Shown here: piece by piece, positions 50,501 through 62,475 of the stretch | Layout: each line of letters starts with the position of its first letter | Numbering within the stretch: position 1 is the first letter of the stretch | NCBI GenBank assembly: GCA_037447605.1 | Contig: CM074820.1 | Span: forward strand, 868,001 to 932,000 | Direction: 5' to 3' | Length of the DNA: 64,000 nucleotides | Source of the DNA: Zygnema circumcarinatum SAG 698-1b | Lineage: Eukaryota > Plantae > Zygnematophyceae | The notes under the pieces: generated by a model | What the model saw: only the letters and a program-made list of their open reading frames with translations | What the model was told of the DNA's origin: nothing | The model's database searches: none | Position numbers and translations under genes: made by a program

Positions 50501-53500
50501 CTCCCCACTCCGCCTCCATCACTGCTCGGGCTGCCGCCTTCCCGGCCGCCCCCTCGCTTCCTCTCGGCGTGGGCCGATCTCCCTCCTCAAGCCGGGACCT
50601 CGAGCCCATGCCCTTCGCTGGTCTCCACATCCTCGCATACAATTCCTTAAATTCGGCTTTGGGGTGCGGGTCTCACTCTAGCCGAAGCCTCTCATCCATC
50701 AGAACGCTCGAGCTCGTGACTGTTTGCTCGAGGGTTCCACAACGGGTAAAAGGACGTTCATGTTTGTAGCCGCCGGTAAGGTACCCTTCCACCGCTCGGG
50801 GTCGAACTTTCTCGCCGCTCTCAAGATCACGCACCGCCAGCCGCTGGCCCAAAGGTCTTCATGTGGACAATCGCGGGTTTCCTCCCACTCCACACCTCTT
50901 CGTGAACCTGATCCTTGCTAATGGCATGGCATCTATTTCTAAGGTAAGTCATGGCCATCACCGCCTCCCCAAAGGATGCCCGAAGGAATTCCTATCACAT
51001 GGTCCTGCTGGCGTCCCCAGCGGCCCCAGTATTGACCCTCTCAAAGAGCTCCATTACTTTGAGGGGAGTAGCGATGCAAAAATCATGCCTTATTCGCCGT
51101 AGCCTTCAAGTACCGTAACCTCTTTTCCATGGACTTGAATTCCTCCTCCTGTCCGGAAAGCGCAGCCGCCAGTTTCTCGACCGCTCTCTCTCTCGCCCAT
51201 CTGAGTTCGCCAATCTCAAAAGCCACCCCAAAGCTCGTGACTTGGTAAGTTACGAGAATTTTCACCCAAATTTTCCTCGAAAATCATCATGAAGGTGATG
51301 AAGTAGCGAAGCTCCTCCACTTGCCGGTGTCACAAAATACCAATAAACGGTATGTACCAATTCCAGTTTCCGCTACAGTAAATGGATTCTCTCCACTCCT
51401 CGAAAAAGGGTCTCCGGCGCGCTTTTCCCTCTACACACTCTTGCAACAGCTCCTTCTCAACTATGTCAATGCTCCAACTCCAAGGACTCAGCCTCCCCCT
51501 TTTGCAGCAAGCTGTTGCGGGGCCCCCTATGGTTTAGGGATAGCGCGATCAAGTCTACGATGCCAGAGATTTACTGCACCCTCAGTTACGGCCATCACAC
51601 CCTCATCTTCTTCTCTCCTATAATGAAGGTAATATAGGCCTCCCTTCTCGTACCCCTCAAACAGCCGCTTCCCCGACTCCAAGTGAGTAGCTACGCAAGA
51701 CTTCTCCTTAAAGGTGACTTCGTACCCCCTCTTACATACTTGACTGACTCCATTACGAAGTTCTGCTTCAGATCGTGGGGTGTGAAGTACTGCGTCACCA
51801 TGCACAACCGCTTCTTCTTTCTTCTTCGTGAGATGACGAGCCGCCTCGTGCGAGATCATCTTTACTACCTCCTTTTGTAACGCCACTCCCTCCTGCCGCC
51901 GGTTTACAGATCCGTCCCTTCCAAGGTGTCCAAAGCCGCAGGAGAACATTCAAGCTATCGCCACACATGTGCGTAAGTTTAGCTCCATCAGCTATGGGCC
52001 GCTTCAGATCCTACAACCGATCTTCCCAACAAAATCAATACCACCGCCAGCGAGATATCTTGTCTCCCCACCGCCACTCCACTGCGTTTTGTGGCCTCGC
52101 TTGCATTTGAAGTGTATTCCCCTTGAATCCCTTCTTGACTAAGACCATGCTCCCTCCCACCCCCGCATCTTGGCAGGTGTTCTTGTTCTTGCAATGTTTC
52201 TACCGGTAGCGGCCCGCCTGCCGCGACGCAACACGCCTCCAGGGCGCTCACGGTTCCGCCTCTTTAATCTCCTCTTCAACTTGTCGAGCGGCAACGCCAA
52301 CACCTTCCCGGTGCCCAACGCCTTGGACAAGCAGTTCTCTCCTGGATCCTCCGTTTCACTTTGCTCAAGGGTCATCACGGTGTTTGTTGCATCAGCCCCA
52401 AGAGCCGCAACTGCTACAGCATCGGACCCGGGCCAGGCAGTCCCCCTCAGAAACTGGCTTTCGATTCTTCAATATGGTCTCCTCTACCCCGCTTTTGCAC
52501 GCTATAAATCCTCCATTAGAGTATCAAATCTCAATTCTCATATATTCAACACCTCTTCCCGACATCTTCATTTTCCCAAGCTGCGCGGTAAAGGCTTTCG
52601 ACTATCGCTACGCTATATATCCTTTACGGGCCACAGTATTATACCTTCAAGCACCCCTACATAAAGCTAAGCGAAGTCTTAAGGCTTTTCCAAGGCCATG
52701 GAAGAGGGACTTCCCTCACGCCATGACGACGGGGTGAGGGCCTTGTTGTCCTTGGTCCTCCATCCGGGCGAGCGCCGTGTCGAACTCCGACTGCCGCCCG
52801 CCGGCGCAGTGGTGGCTCCCCGCTGCACCGCGCCTTGATGGTGCCGCCAACGCACTCCCCAACAGCCCCTGCCCATGTGCTAAAGCGAACCAGCCGGCCA
52901 TCTCCACCCCTCCCTGTAGTCCGAATCCATCGAACGCCGGATGTTGAACTTCACGTGGTCCTCCTCGCCACCTTGGGCTCGATACTCACTTGTTGAAGCA
53001 GGGTCTGCTCACCTCCGGCGCCACTGGTGTCGCCTCCATTGGAACTTGAGTTCTTAATGATGAAGACATGTTCCAAACACTCAAAGCTCTATCTTACTTC
53101 ACTCATCGCCTATAACAAATGTAATGAAGCTACAAGACAAGCACAAATGGAAATCAAAGCAATGAGAGAGTGTTAGAGAAAGCTCACGGCTCTAAAACTC
53201 CTTTTTTATAATAAAATCGCCTTTCCCACAATGAAGTTCTCCCACTAATTTCATGTCCCTCTTACCACTACCTCATCACCTAATACAAGTGTAGGCGCCT
53301 CTAAAGAAGACGAAAGGTGTTCTGAGTAAGACCCGAGACTATGACAGAGTAGTGTAGGTGGATTACTTCCCATAGTAAAACTACGCACTATATAATATGG
53401 CGTCCGTGACGTGACACACATGTCACGCCGCTGGCCCGCCATTGCAAAACTCCATGCACCAGTCCGGAAAGTGGGCGACTCGTAAATACATCAGCTAGTT

Positions 53501-54038
53501 GCCTCAGAACCTACGGGCGGCGCCACCTAAGTTCTTGGTTTGACCGCATATCCGTCTGCATAGTGCTTCTCGGCTGCTTCGCTAAATAGCTTCCTTCGGG
53601 CAGCTTCGCCGTATTATCTCGGCCAGAGCACTCAATCCTCGCTGACCCATCATGAAGTGGTCCACGGGCGCATTCTGCCCGGGCCGCCAAATACTTCCAT
53701 GTCGCTTCCTCAAGGCCGGCAACTTTGGCGCCCTCGCTAAGCTTTCGCCCGCTGCCGCCATCAATCAGAGTCGCCAAGGTCTCAGACAAGGACCATCTAC
53801 GCTACCGACCAATCAAAGTTGGCGATTCGCATCTACACTTACTTGTGTCACCGCCGCGACCAATCAGCGTCGCTCGTTCGTACTCCGCGCACTCGCGGCG
53901 CACTCACCAAAGTCAGAGCACCGACATTACTAGATCTAAGAGCACTACGCCTAGTAGATCTCATGTTCTACAAACAGAGTACCCCAACAAGTTAGTGTGT
54001 GCCATACAATGTCTAACTATCATACACTAACACTAACA
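47582..54038 (-). mobile_element. Ty1/copia element B, full-length but heavily frameshifted; same family as element A
   Basis: LTRs 54038-52991 and 48591-47582 (both TGTTAGTGTTAGTG...CA), PBS-like AGTGAGTATCGAGC, PPT GATGGGGAT. Fragments are near-identical to A (SQVCKRGYEVTFKEKSC, YVGIYVDDLIMV, ADMLTKGVSGE...GLGPMRN). No matching TSD. Confidence 0.9.
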
Positions 54039-57000
54039 CATACCCCTCCTGGATCATCCGTCTGAGATCAGAGAGAGCAGGAGGGCCGACTGCGTCGCTG
54101 GTGCAGGGATCTATGACAAAGCTGTTAGTGTAAAGTAGTTAGGGACTTGTTGTACACTAAGTTGTTGGTACTAAGTTCTAAGGAGGGGTGTGCTCATTAT
54201 GTCTACATTGTAACGGCTTAACCGCCTAAGTGACCGCATAAGTCTTGGGTGGTGTGCGTGAGCAAAGGCAGAGCCTCGACGGCAAGGCAAGGCATCAATG
54301 TCGGGTGCGGCCAATCGCTGGTAATGATTTGGAAGGCCAAGACCATGGGTGTAACGCGACATTGGTCGGTGATGAGAAGAGCCGCGCTGGGCGGAGTCAG
54401 ATGACGCAAGCGCCGACGCGACAAATCGAGAAGTGACGCAGGGCGAATCAAATAAGGCCGGAGCGTAACCGACGCAGGTACGGAGCTCTGCCAATGTCTT
54501 CATTTGGGAGGACAGCGGGCGAATCTGGCGCGCCACGCGGTCGGGTGAAAAGCGGAAGGCCTGTACCGCCTAGGTCGGTGGCGCCAGAGGCTTACGGGGT
54601 CCCACATGACGCCAAGTAATGAGGAGTCGATCCTACGGTGGAGGACTCTAATGGAGATAAGGTCAGGCGGATCTCGACTTCAACGATGTGCCGACCCGTA
54701 GCTTTCCACGAGGATCCAACGGCGAGATTAGGGGATCGATAAGGGTCTTGGTAAGGTGCGTTGCATGTGCGCCGTGACGTGACAATGTCACTAATGGCGC
54801 CATATCAGATTTAAGGGTTAGATTGTTTGGTAGAAAGTTAACCTTCCTCGTGACTCACATTGGGGAGGAGGCTATCTTGCTTAGGCCTAGGAGATAAGTG
54901 GGAAGAGTTCAGCTTGTAGTGGGTGAAGGTTTATTCAATGAAAGTTTGGAGAGAGGTGCTTGAAGCTTGGCTCTAGTGTTGTCAAGTTGTATTTCATCTT
55001 TTATCTTAAGGAGTTTTTAGGCTGGTGGCTTTCTCCTTACATTTTCATATTTCCGCTGAGTTAAAGTTCGTTTCGCATTTAGTGTGCTTGCGGTGATTGA
55101 GCACTATCAAGATGTCGAAGCCCTACCTGTAGAGAAGTGGCGTACCACCAAGGGAGTGGCGCCGCATCAAGTGGTATCGTGAGCCTACAGGGAAGACGTG
55201 AAGTTTACCATTCCAACTTTCGATGGGAAGAACTACAAGCTGTGGAAGTTTCGCATGCTCACGGTGCTGGAGAACAAGCGGCTGTTGGGGTATGTGAATG
55301 GCTCCATTGTGGCCCCCGATTCAGTGATTAATCCTCTTGAGTTTGAGAAGTGGAGGGTTAAGGATTGCAAGGTTAGGGACCCCTGCTTTGTGCCGGGCGT
55401 TAGTGAGGAACCCACAGTAATCTGATTTCAGAGTTAAAGACAGCTCTGGAGATGCGGGATACTCTAGAGAAGATTTGCGATGTGGTAGATAATGCCATCA
55501 GAAGTTTATCTCTACACCCGAGCTTGAAAACTCAGCTTGGATTCAGGGAGGAGCTTTAAAGACTATGTGATCAAGTTTGGATAATCGATGCAAAGTTTGA
55601 TGGAAGCTGAAACAGCCCCTTCACTTGGATCACAAGATTAGTCTATTCCTTGGAGGCTTGCCGGATAGATTTGACCCTGCTTGCACTGCTCTACGAACTC
55701 AGCTTTCTACGACTAAGATGACCTTTGAGCAGGTCAAGAGGAGAGTGGTAGAGGAGGATGGTCTTCAGGACAAGAAGCAGTACAGGTCAAGTTCGGAGAA
55801 GCTGTATGCTGCAACTGCTCGCCCATACAGGAACGGCAAAGGACCAAACGCAGCCAAAGTTGGTGGAGTATTGAAGACCTCAGAGGACTTGCTACCTTTT
55901 GTGGAAGACCGGGTGGTGTAGCGCCGTGAACGCTTACAAATAAGCGACTCGAGGCGCATCATAGTGACATACTATGATCATCCCTTCATCTCAGCGCGCC
56001 TAGCCGGATAGGTTAGACGCCGCCAAGACCAAGTATAGGAGGTGTTCTGGGCTCATCCTTCTGGGCGGCAAAGGATTCTTTGATCGCATCGTCGCCCATT
56101 GCATATGCGTAACGGACGCACTGACATAGTGGATCCCGCGCCGGCCGCTACGCCGCCAAGATAGCCGCAGCATCGCAGCGGCAGCGGTAATCTACCTAGA
56201 TGCGGTATCTTTTTGATAAGTACCGCCCTGCATCGCACGGACGGGCCGACAGTTCCGACTGCCGTGACTTCTTAGCCGCGGCGCCGCTGCATCGCCGGGC
56301 GCTGGCCACGCTGCCTCACGCGCCCCTCGGGTGAGATGCGGGCGCAGACCATCGGCTTGTCCTGGGGCCGCATAATCCTCGTTAAGGACCATGCCTAATG
56401 GGCGGTTTCCGATTGGGCAGTCCTGCTCCCGTCCCCATGCCGGTAGGGGTCTAACGTGGGGAGCTTTGTGGGGCTGCTCTCGTGGATGGTAGAGAGAGAC
56501 CATCCAGCTCTTTGTACTGTGCTATCAGCCCACGCCTCTCTTCTTCCTCTCTTGACACTTAGACTTTCAGAGCAGCCTGCCGGGGGGCAGGTTGTTACAT
56601 TGGTATCAGAGCCGAGTTTAGAAACTCGGGACTTTCCTTTGGGTGGGGCCAGCAAGCTCTGCTAGGCGATGCCGAGGGCGCCGTCGAACAAATGGCGCCG
56701 CCATTCACCTCCCTCCCGACCCGGAGGAGGACGCGGGACATGGGCGCCAACCAGTGGGCGCCGACTCTCGCTGCAATCTCCCCATGGACACGGGCCCTCG
56801 GCCGCCGCCCCACTCCCTCCGCCGCCCCTTCTTCTTCAACGGGCCGAATCCCCGCCGGTCAGCCGCTGCCGAGTAGCGCCGGGCCGTGCCTCGCAGGAGC
56901 GGCAGCGCCTCCACCTGAGGCGCCCCGACAGAGGTCGGGAGGGGCTACTCCCCTCGGCGGGCAGAGCACCCGACCACCCCCAGTGAGTATGGGGGTGCCC

Positions 57001-58312
57001 ATCCCCGTGGATGGGGATGAAGTCCTCCGCCGAGCGGAGGCCAGCGCGGATAAGCGCTTTTCCGCGCTGGAGGAGGCGCTGGCTCGGATGGCGAGCCAGC
57101 AAGACGCGTTCCAGCAGAACGTGGGGCGCCTCCTGGGGAGATCTTCGAGCAGGGTCGGCAGAACCGTGGGGACCCTCCCCCTCCAGCCACTGGTAAGCCC
57201 ACTGCCCCTCCTCCTGTGGTCTTAGCTGATACAGTAGGAGAGGCGGCAGCTCCTAGGGGGGGAAATAGAGGAGCTGCAAATACCAGAGGGCTTTAAAATG
57301 TACCACCTGCTCGGCCCGCTGCTCGCAGACGGGATCCATGTAGTGGCGCCCCACCGTAGGGGAGGCCAGTTCTCGGCGCCGCTGCTGTTTCCTCTTCCGG
57401 CAGAGCGCCCGCGTCAGGCCCCTTTGGGTGAGGGGAGGGAGGCGATCACAAAGCAATCCACCTTCGCTGGTGTTGCCGGGTGACGGGCTTAATTACACAT
57501 TGGTGGGTCTTCGCCCCGCGGATCCTTCCCAGAAACGGGCGAAGATCCCTCCGACTCTTATGGGGAGATCGGCCAAATTCCGATTGCCCAATTGATCATT
57601 GGCTGGGGCAGATGCGTGGGTACCTGTGTGCCACCCAATGCCCTCCCGATCAATGGGTGAACTTTGCTTCACCCGCTTTGAGGGGCGGCATGGAGTGTTC
57701 ATGCCGCCGCAAAGCGTTTTAATCGAAAAGACTTTGAGAAGCCCTGAAATGGAAATTTCAAACATTTTGCATCTCGATCCCCGCTAAGCCAAGCAGACGG
57801 GATGTGTTCCAGCCGCCATGCAGACTGGAAGCGGGGCTTGAATTCTACGGAATTATGTAAGTGGCTTGGGCTTCACTACTGTTCTACACCGACCCGAAGA
57901 ATTTTCTTCCGGTTCACATGGATTAAAATGGCATCGCTCGAAACAGCCTTCGGCCGTAATCCTCGCACTTGGAACCTTAAATTCCATATGGATGATGAGT
58001 CGATGTTTGCAACCGCAGCCCAAACCGACAAGCAGCTCTACGATGGTGCAGGCCTTCCTGGCCCCCGCTGCAGGACATAGTGGACCAACCGCGGAAGCCT
58101 GGCGGGCCGAGCGGTCGTCCAAAGGGGAACGGCAAGAGGAAGGCAACTTCCTCTCATCCTCAGCAGTTTCAACGGCCTCCTACGCCGAAACTGGCTCCAC
58201 AGGAGATGGAGGCTTTGAAAGCGGAGAACAAGTGTTTCCGCTGCAGGAAGGTGGGGCATCGGTCTTACGATTGCCCATCTTTCAAGAAGGATCGCAAGGG
58301 GAAGGGGCCGGC

Positions 58313-58357
58313 GGAAAACGGCTCCCCACCAGCAGCTTAGGAGTCTCTGCTGGTGGG
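58313..58357 (+). promoter_or_regulatory. Putative -1 programmed ribosomal frameshift signal at the gag/pol overlap
   Basis: Heptamer G_GAA_AAC in the gag frame, 5-nt spacer, then an 11-bp perfect stem CCCACCAGCAG/CTGCTGGTGGG. The pol ORF is -1 relative to gag, and the gag stop TAG lies in the loop. Confidence 0.75.
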
Positions 58358-61300
58358 CTTGACAGTAGAGGGGGCAGCTTGTTAGCTGCTATCACTAGTG
58401 TAGAATGTTGTATCCCAAAGACAAATGACATTCTAAAAGTGGTTGGGGGAGTTTTCAGCGGGAATCTGTTGTTTGTGTGCGATGCATTCCCTGCTGATTA
58501 TTCATTGCTACCTTCAATGTCGGTGACTCCAACAGCATTTCCGAATGCTGTCTTGCTGAATGAATGGCATGTGGTTATCTTGAATGCCATGGGCAGTGCT
58601 GCCTTAGTGCAATGTGCATTTGATGCCTTGCGCTTGCTGCGGTCGAAGGACCATGTGCTCAGTCTGCGAGTCTTACTTCCACAACATGTGGCAATAAGGG
58701 CTTATCCACAGACTGAGTGGAGAATGGTAAAGCTATGGAAGAAGGGCTTCTCCCTTCTTAGGTGGATGCCGGGATCCCCCACCAGTGCGCTGGTGAAGTC
58801 CCCTCATTCCCTTGTGTGGAGGACTGCGCGTCCTCACGCACCAAATGTGCTACGGTCCATTTTCCACGTGGCCCATCGTGCAATGACCTTCCAAGGTTCA
58901 GCCGATGGGCACTCAGCAGTCATTCTGCTGGACACTGGCGCGGACGCTAACTTTGTTAGCGCAGCCTTTGTCAGGACTGCAGGGTTTGCAGTCCAGCCTC
59001 ATTCCGATAGTGTAACTTTCGGGGATGGACGCACTGGCCAGATTTCTGGTAGCGCCGTACAAGTGGAATGAAGATTCAGTCTTTACTCCGCACAACGCTT
59101 GTTGACGTTTATTAGCCCCCTGTGAACAGACTTGATCTTTGGGAAGCAAATGGCCGACGCTTTATGGGCGCCAGTTGATTTGTTGTCCCACTGCGCCCTC
59201 CCGCTAGTTGAAGCGAAGACGATGACTCTCGCGAACTGTGCACTCCTTCGGTGACCAGCCTCGCGGCGGTCATCCTGTCAAGCTTCGCGTTCACATGCAA
59301 TTGGGCAGAGCACTAAAAACGAGTAGCATCTTGTTTATGGTGCAAGTCATGACGGCAACCGAGGACGCTCATGACGAGGATCAAGAGTGGCAGCCCACTG
59401 CGGGTGAGGCAATGCCAACTGTTCCAGCTTTGTTTCAACCGTTGTTGAAAGCGTTTGAGGATGTTTTCCCAGACGATCTGCCAAGAGGTCTGCCTCCGGC
59501 ACGCGGGGTGGGTCATACCATTCCCCTTGAGCCAGAACAGAAACCTCCTTGGAGGCCTATCTATCGGCTTAGCCCAAAGGAGACCGAGGAGATGCGAAAG
59601 CAACTCGCTAACCTGCGTGATAAGGGCTGGATTGAACCCAGCCAGAGCCCCTTTGGGGCCCCTATCCTTTTCGTTGGAAAGAAGGATGGGTCTTTGCGAA
59701 TGTGCATCGATTATCGAGCACTCAATAAGATCACGGTAAAGAACAGGTTTGCTTTACCGCGCATAGATGATCTTCTGGACCGTCTGCAAGGGGCGAAGGT
59801 GTTCACCTCGCTCGACCTTGCGCAGGGGTACCATCAGATTCGTGTCACGGATGCTGATGTTCCTAAGACGGCATTTCGGACGCCGATTGGTCACTTCCAG
59901 TACAAGGTGCTACCTTTTGGACTGACCAACGCTCCGGCTACATTCCAAGCTGTGATGAACGAAATGTTCGTCGGCATGGATGAGTTTGTCCTTGTCTACC
60001 TGGATGATATCCTGGTATTCAGCAAGACGGACGCTGAACATCTTGTGCATGTACGCNNNNNNNNNNTATGCATGGACACCAGAGTGCCAGGCGGCATTTG
60101 ATGGTGTTAGACATGCGCTTGTGACAGCACCTACGTTGAGGTTGGCTGATCCGCGGTTACCATATGAAGTGGTATGTGACGCTTCTGGGTTCGCTTTGGG
60201 TGCGGTCTTGTTCCAAGACGACCAACCTCTTGCTTACGAAAGTCGCAAGATGAACCCAGCTGAGCGAAACTACTCCGCCACAGAGCAGGAGCTCTTGGCC
60301 GTTGTTCACGCCCTGAGGACATGGCGTTGCTATTTGGAGGGGGCGGTGGCAGTCACGCCGTTAATGACCAATCGCCCACTGACGCCTTCCACTCAGCAGA
60401 CTCTAGGCGCGCACCGGGTTCGAGTTCCTCCAACCGCTCGAACGGCAAGTGGGTATACAAAACCGGGAGGCCAATGTAGCGACCCACCGAAAGGTGCAAA
60501 CTCCATTCATCTAGCCCTGATGATGCCGACTCGTAGTGTTGGTGGTAATGAGATGGTGGAGACGGGCGGGCCGCCAACCCAGCGCTATATCTCCAGTATG
60601 TTTTGTCATAAACCCTCCACTGCTGACGTTAGCCAACCCTCCCGCTTCTCTCTCGATTTCGCATAGATGATTCAGAGGGTACAATCGGGTGATCCATTGT
60701 TCCCTGGACGGCAGCTGCAATGGTTGGTAAGGATTGTAAGCTCGCGGCTTCAAGACGGTTTTTGGTACCACGCATAAGCAGTTAGTCGCACCTGCTACCG
60801 GACTGCACGCAGCTCATACCGAAAGTGAGACGACATCTATCCTCCGCATGCAGGCCATATGGGAGCTGCTAAAACCCGCGGAAGCACTGCTCGAGAATTC
60901 TGGTAGGCCCGGAATTACAGCGGACGCGGAGGCGATGTACCGCATTCAACTTGTCGATAAGCCTCGCGACGTGACCTCGCGGCCCGCTTGCTCTTGCCCC
61001 TCGCCCCTCCTTACCGGAAGTGGGGAGAGTGTGGGTATGGATTTGATCACAGATTTACCTGTGACAGCTAGGGGTTTTGACTCCATCCTCGTGTTCGTCG
61101 ACCGGCTCAGCAAGATGGTGCACTTTGCACCCACTGCTAAGACAGCTGGAGCCGATGAAATCGCACGACTCTACGTTGACAAGGTCTGGAGTCAACATGG
61201 ACTTCAATCTGAGATCATCTCAGATCGTGATACCCGATTCACAGGGCATTTCTGGAAAGAAATCCTCCGGATTATCGGGACTAAGCAGGCTATGAGTACA

Positions 61301-62403
61301 GCCTTCCACCCTCAGACAGATGGCCAAACTGAGCGGGTGAACCGGATTCTGGAAGACTATTTGAGGCATTATGTGGGACCCATCCCGGATGGATGGGATG
61401 AACTGCTCCCGGTGGCTGAGTATGCCATTAACAATGCATTCCAGGAATCAATCGGTACCACTCCTTTCTTCTTGAACTTTGGTCAGCATCCTCTAAATCC
61501 CCTGCAGCCAAGAGATCAGCAGCCAGATGTGTGGAACATGGATGTTCACAAAGCCCCTGTGATCCTGGGGCATGAGAGAGCTGGCGGAGTCAACCCGCCG
61601 CAGTGCTTCACTCGGAAATGTCCGGAGGCGTTACGTAGGGCAAGGCGCATCCCCGCAGCGTTCCAGTCGCAGCGTAAAAGCCTATGCCGATCGCCGCCGC
61701 GGCTGCATTAACCTTCGCCGTAGGGCCATCAGTCCTCGCCGAAAGCACGCCGAACTTACAGGCTCAAGACTTCACGGCGGAACCCGTGAAGTTGTGGCCT
61801 CCGCTCATGGACCTTTTCGGCCGTAGCTTAATCGAAGTCGCCATCGCTGGCTTTACCGCCTATATGAAAGTGCATCCGTCTTTCACGGGTCTTCTTAAGG
61901 CATACCGCAGCGATGGGAGAGTCCAGCCACCTCCCCCTCCTGTGGAAGTTGAAGGTGATCTCGAGTATGAGGTTGAAGCCATTCAGACACACAGGACAGT
62001 GAGTCGTGGTCAGACTTCCCGCCATGAATATCTCGTGAAATGGTTGGGCTATGGGGTTAAACATAGCACGTGGGAACGTGAGAGCAATCTGACAAATTGC
62101 AAGGAGCTCTTGAGATTGTACCGGGAGGCGAGACCGCTGGTGAGCTGGGCGAAGCGTTAGGGGTTTCAACCGCCCACGCAAAGCATTTCGAAAGCGGGAG
62201 CCTTGACCGGATTAACGCCGAAGCCTTGCATACCCCGCATGCAGACGCACAATACCTCTTAAAATCAAGGGCTTCGCTGCCAAGATTATTTTCCCCAGTG
62301 AACGAGGGCGTTAACGTACTCACAGGGGGGAGTAATGTAGCGTAACGCTACAGCGTGACCCTGGAGGCGTACTCATAGTGATACTATGACTATCCCTTCA
62401 TCT

Positions 62404-62475
62404 CAGCGCCTAGCGGATAGGTTAGGACGCTGCCAAGACCGCAGGAGGTCTTGGGCTCGATCCTTGTGGCGTGCA
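62404..62475 (+). other. tRNA-like module inside the chromovirus LTR (noisy copy at ~55992-56080)
   Basis: Acceptor-like CA(G)CGCC/GGCGTG, D-arm TAGCGGATAGGTTAGGACGC, stem CTGC-7 nt-GCAG, variable loop GAGGTC, T-arm GGGCTCGATCC. Confidence 0.5.

Noticed and set aside
47577-54043. Copia B as a clean insertion into the gypsy fragment
   Set aside because: Flanks GGATT and CATAC do not form a TSD and the gypsy 5' half is not on the other side; rearrangement or an assembly join is more likely.
62404-62475. Functional tRNA gene
   Set aside because: The anticodon loop lacks U33, the T-loop starts CTC, stems are weak and it lies inside an LTR; kept only as a tRNA-like module.
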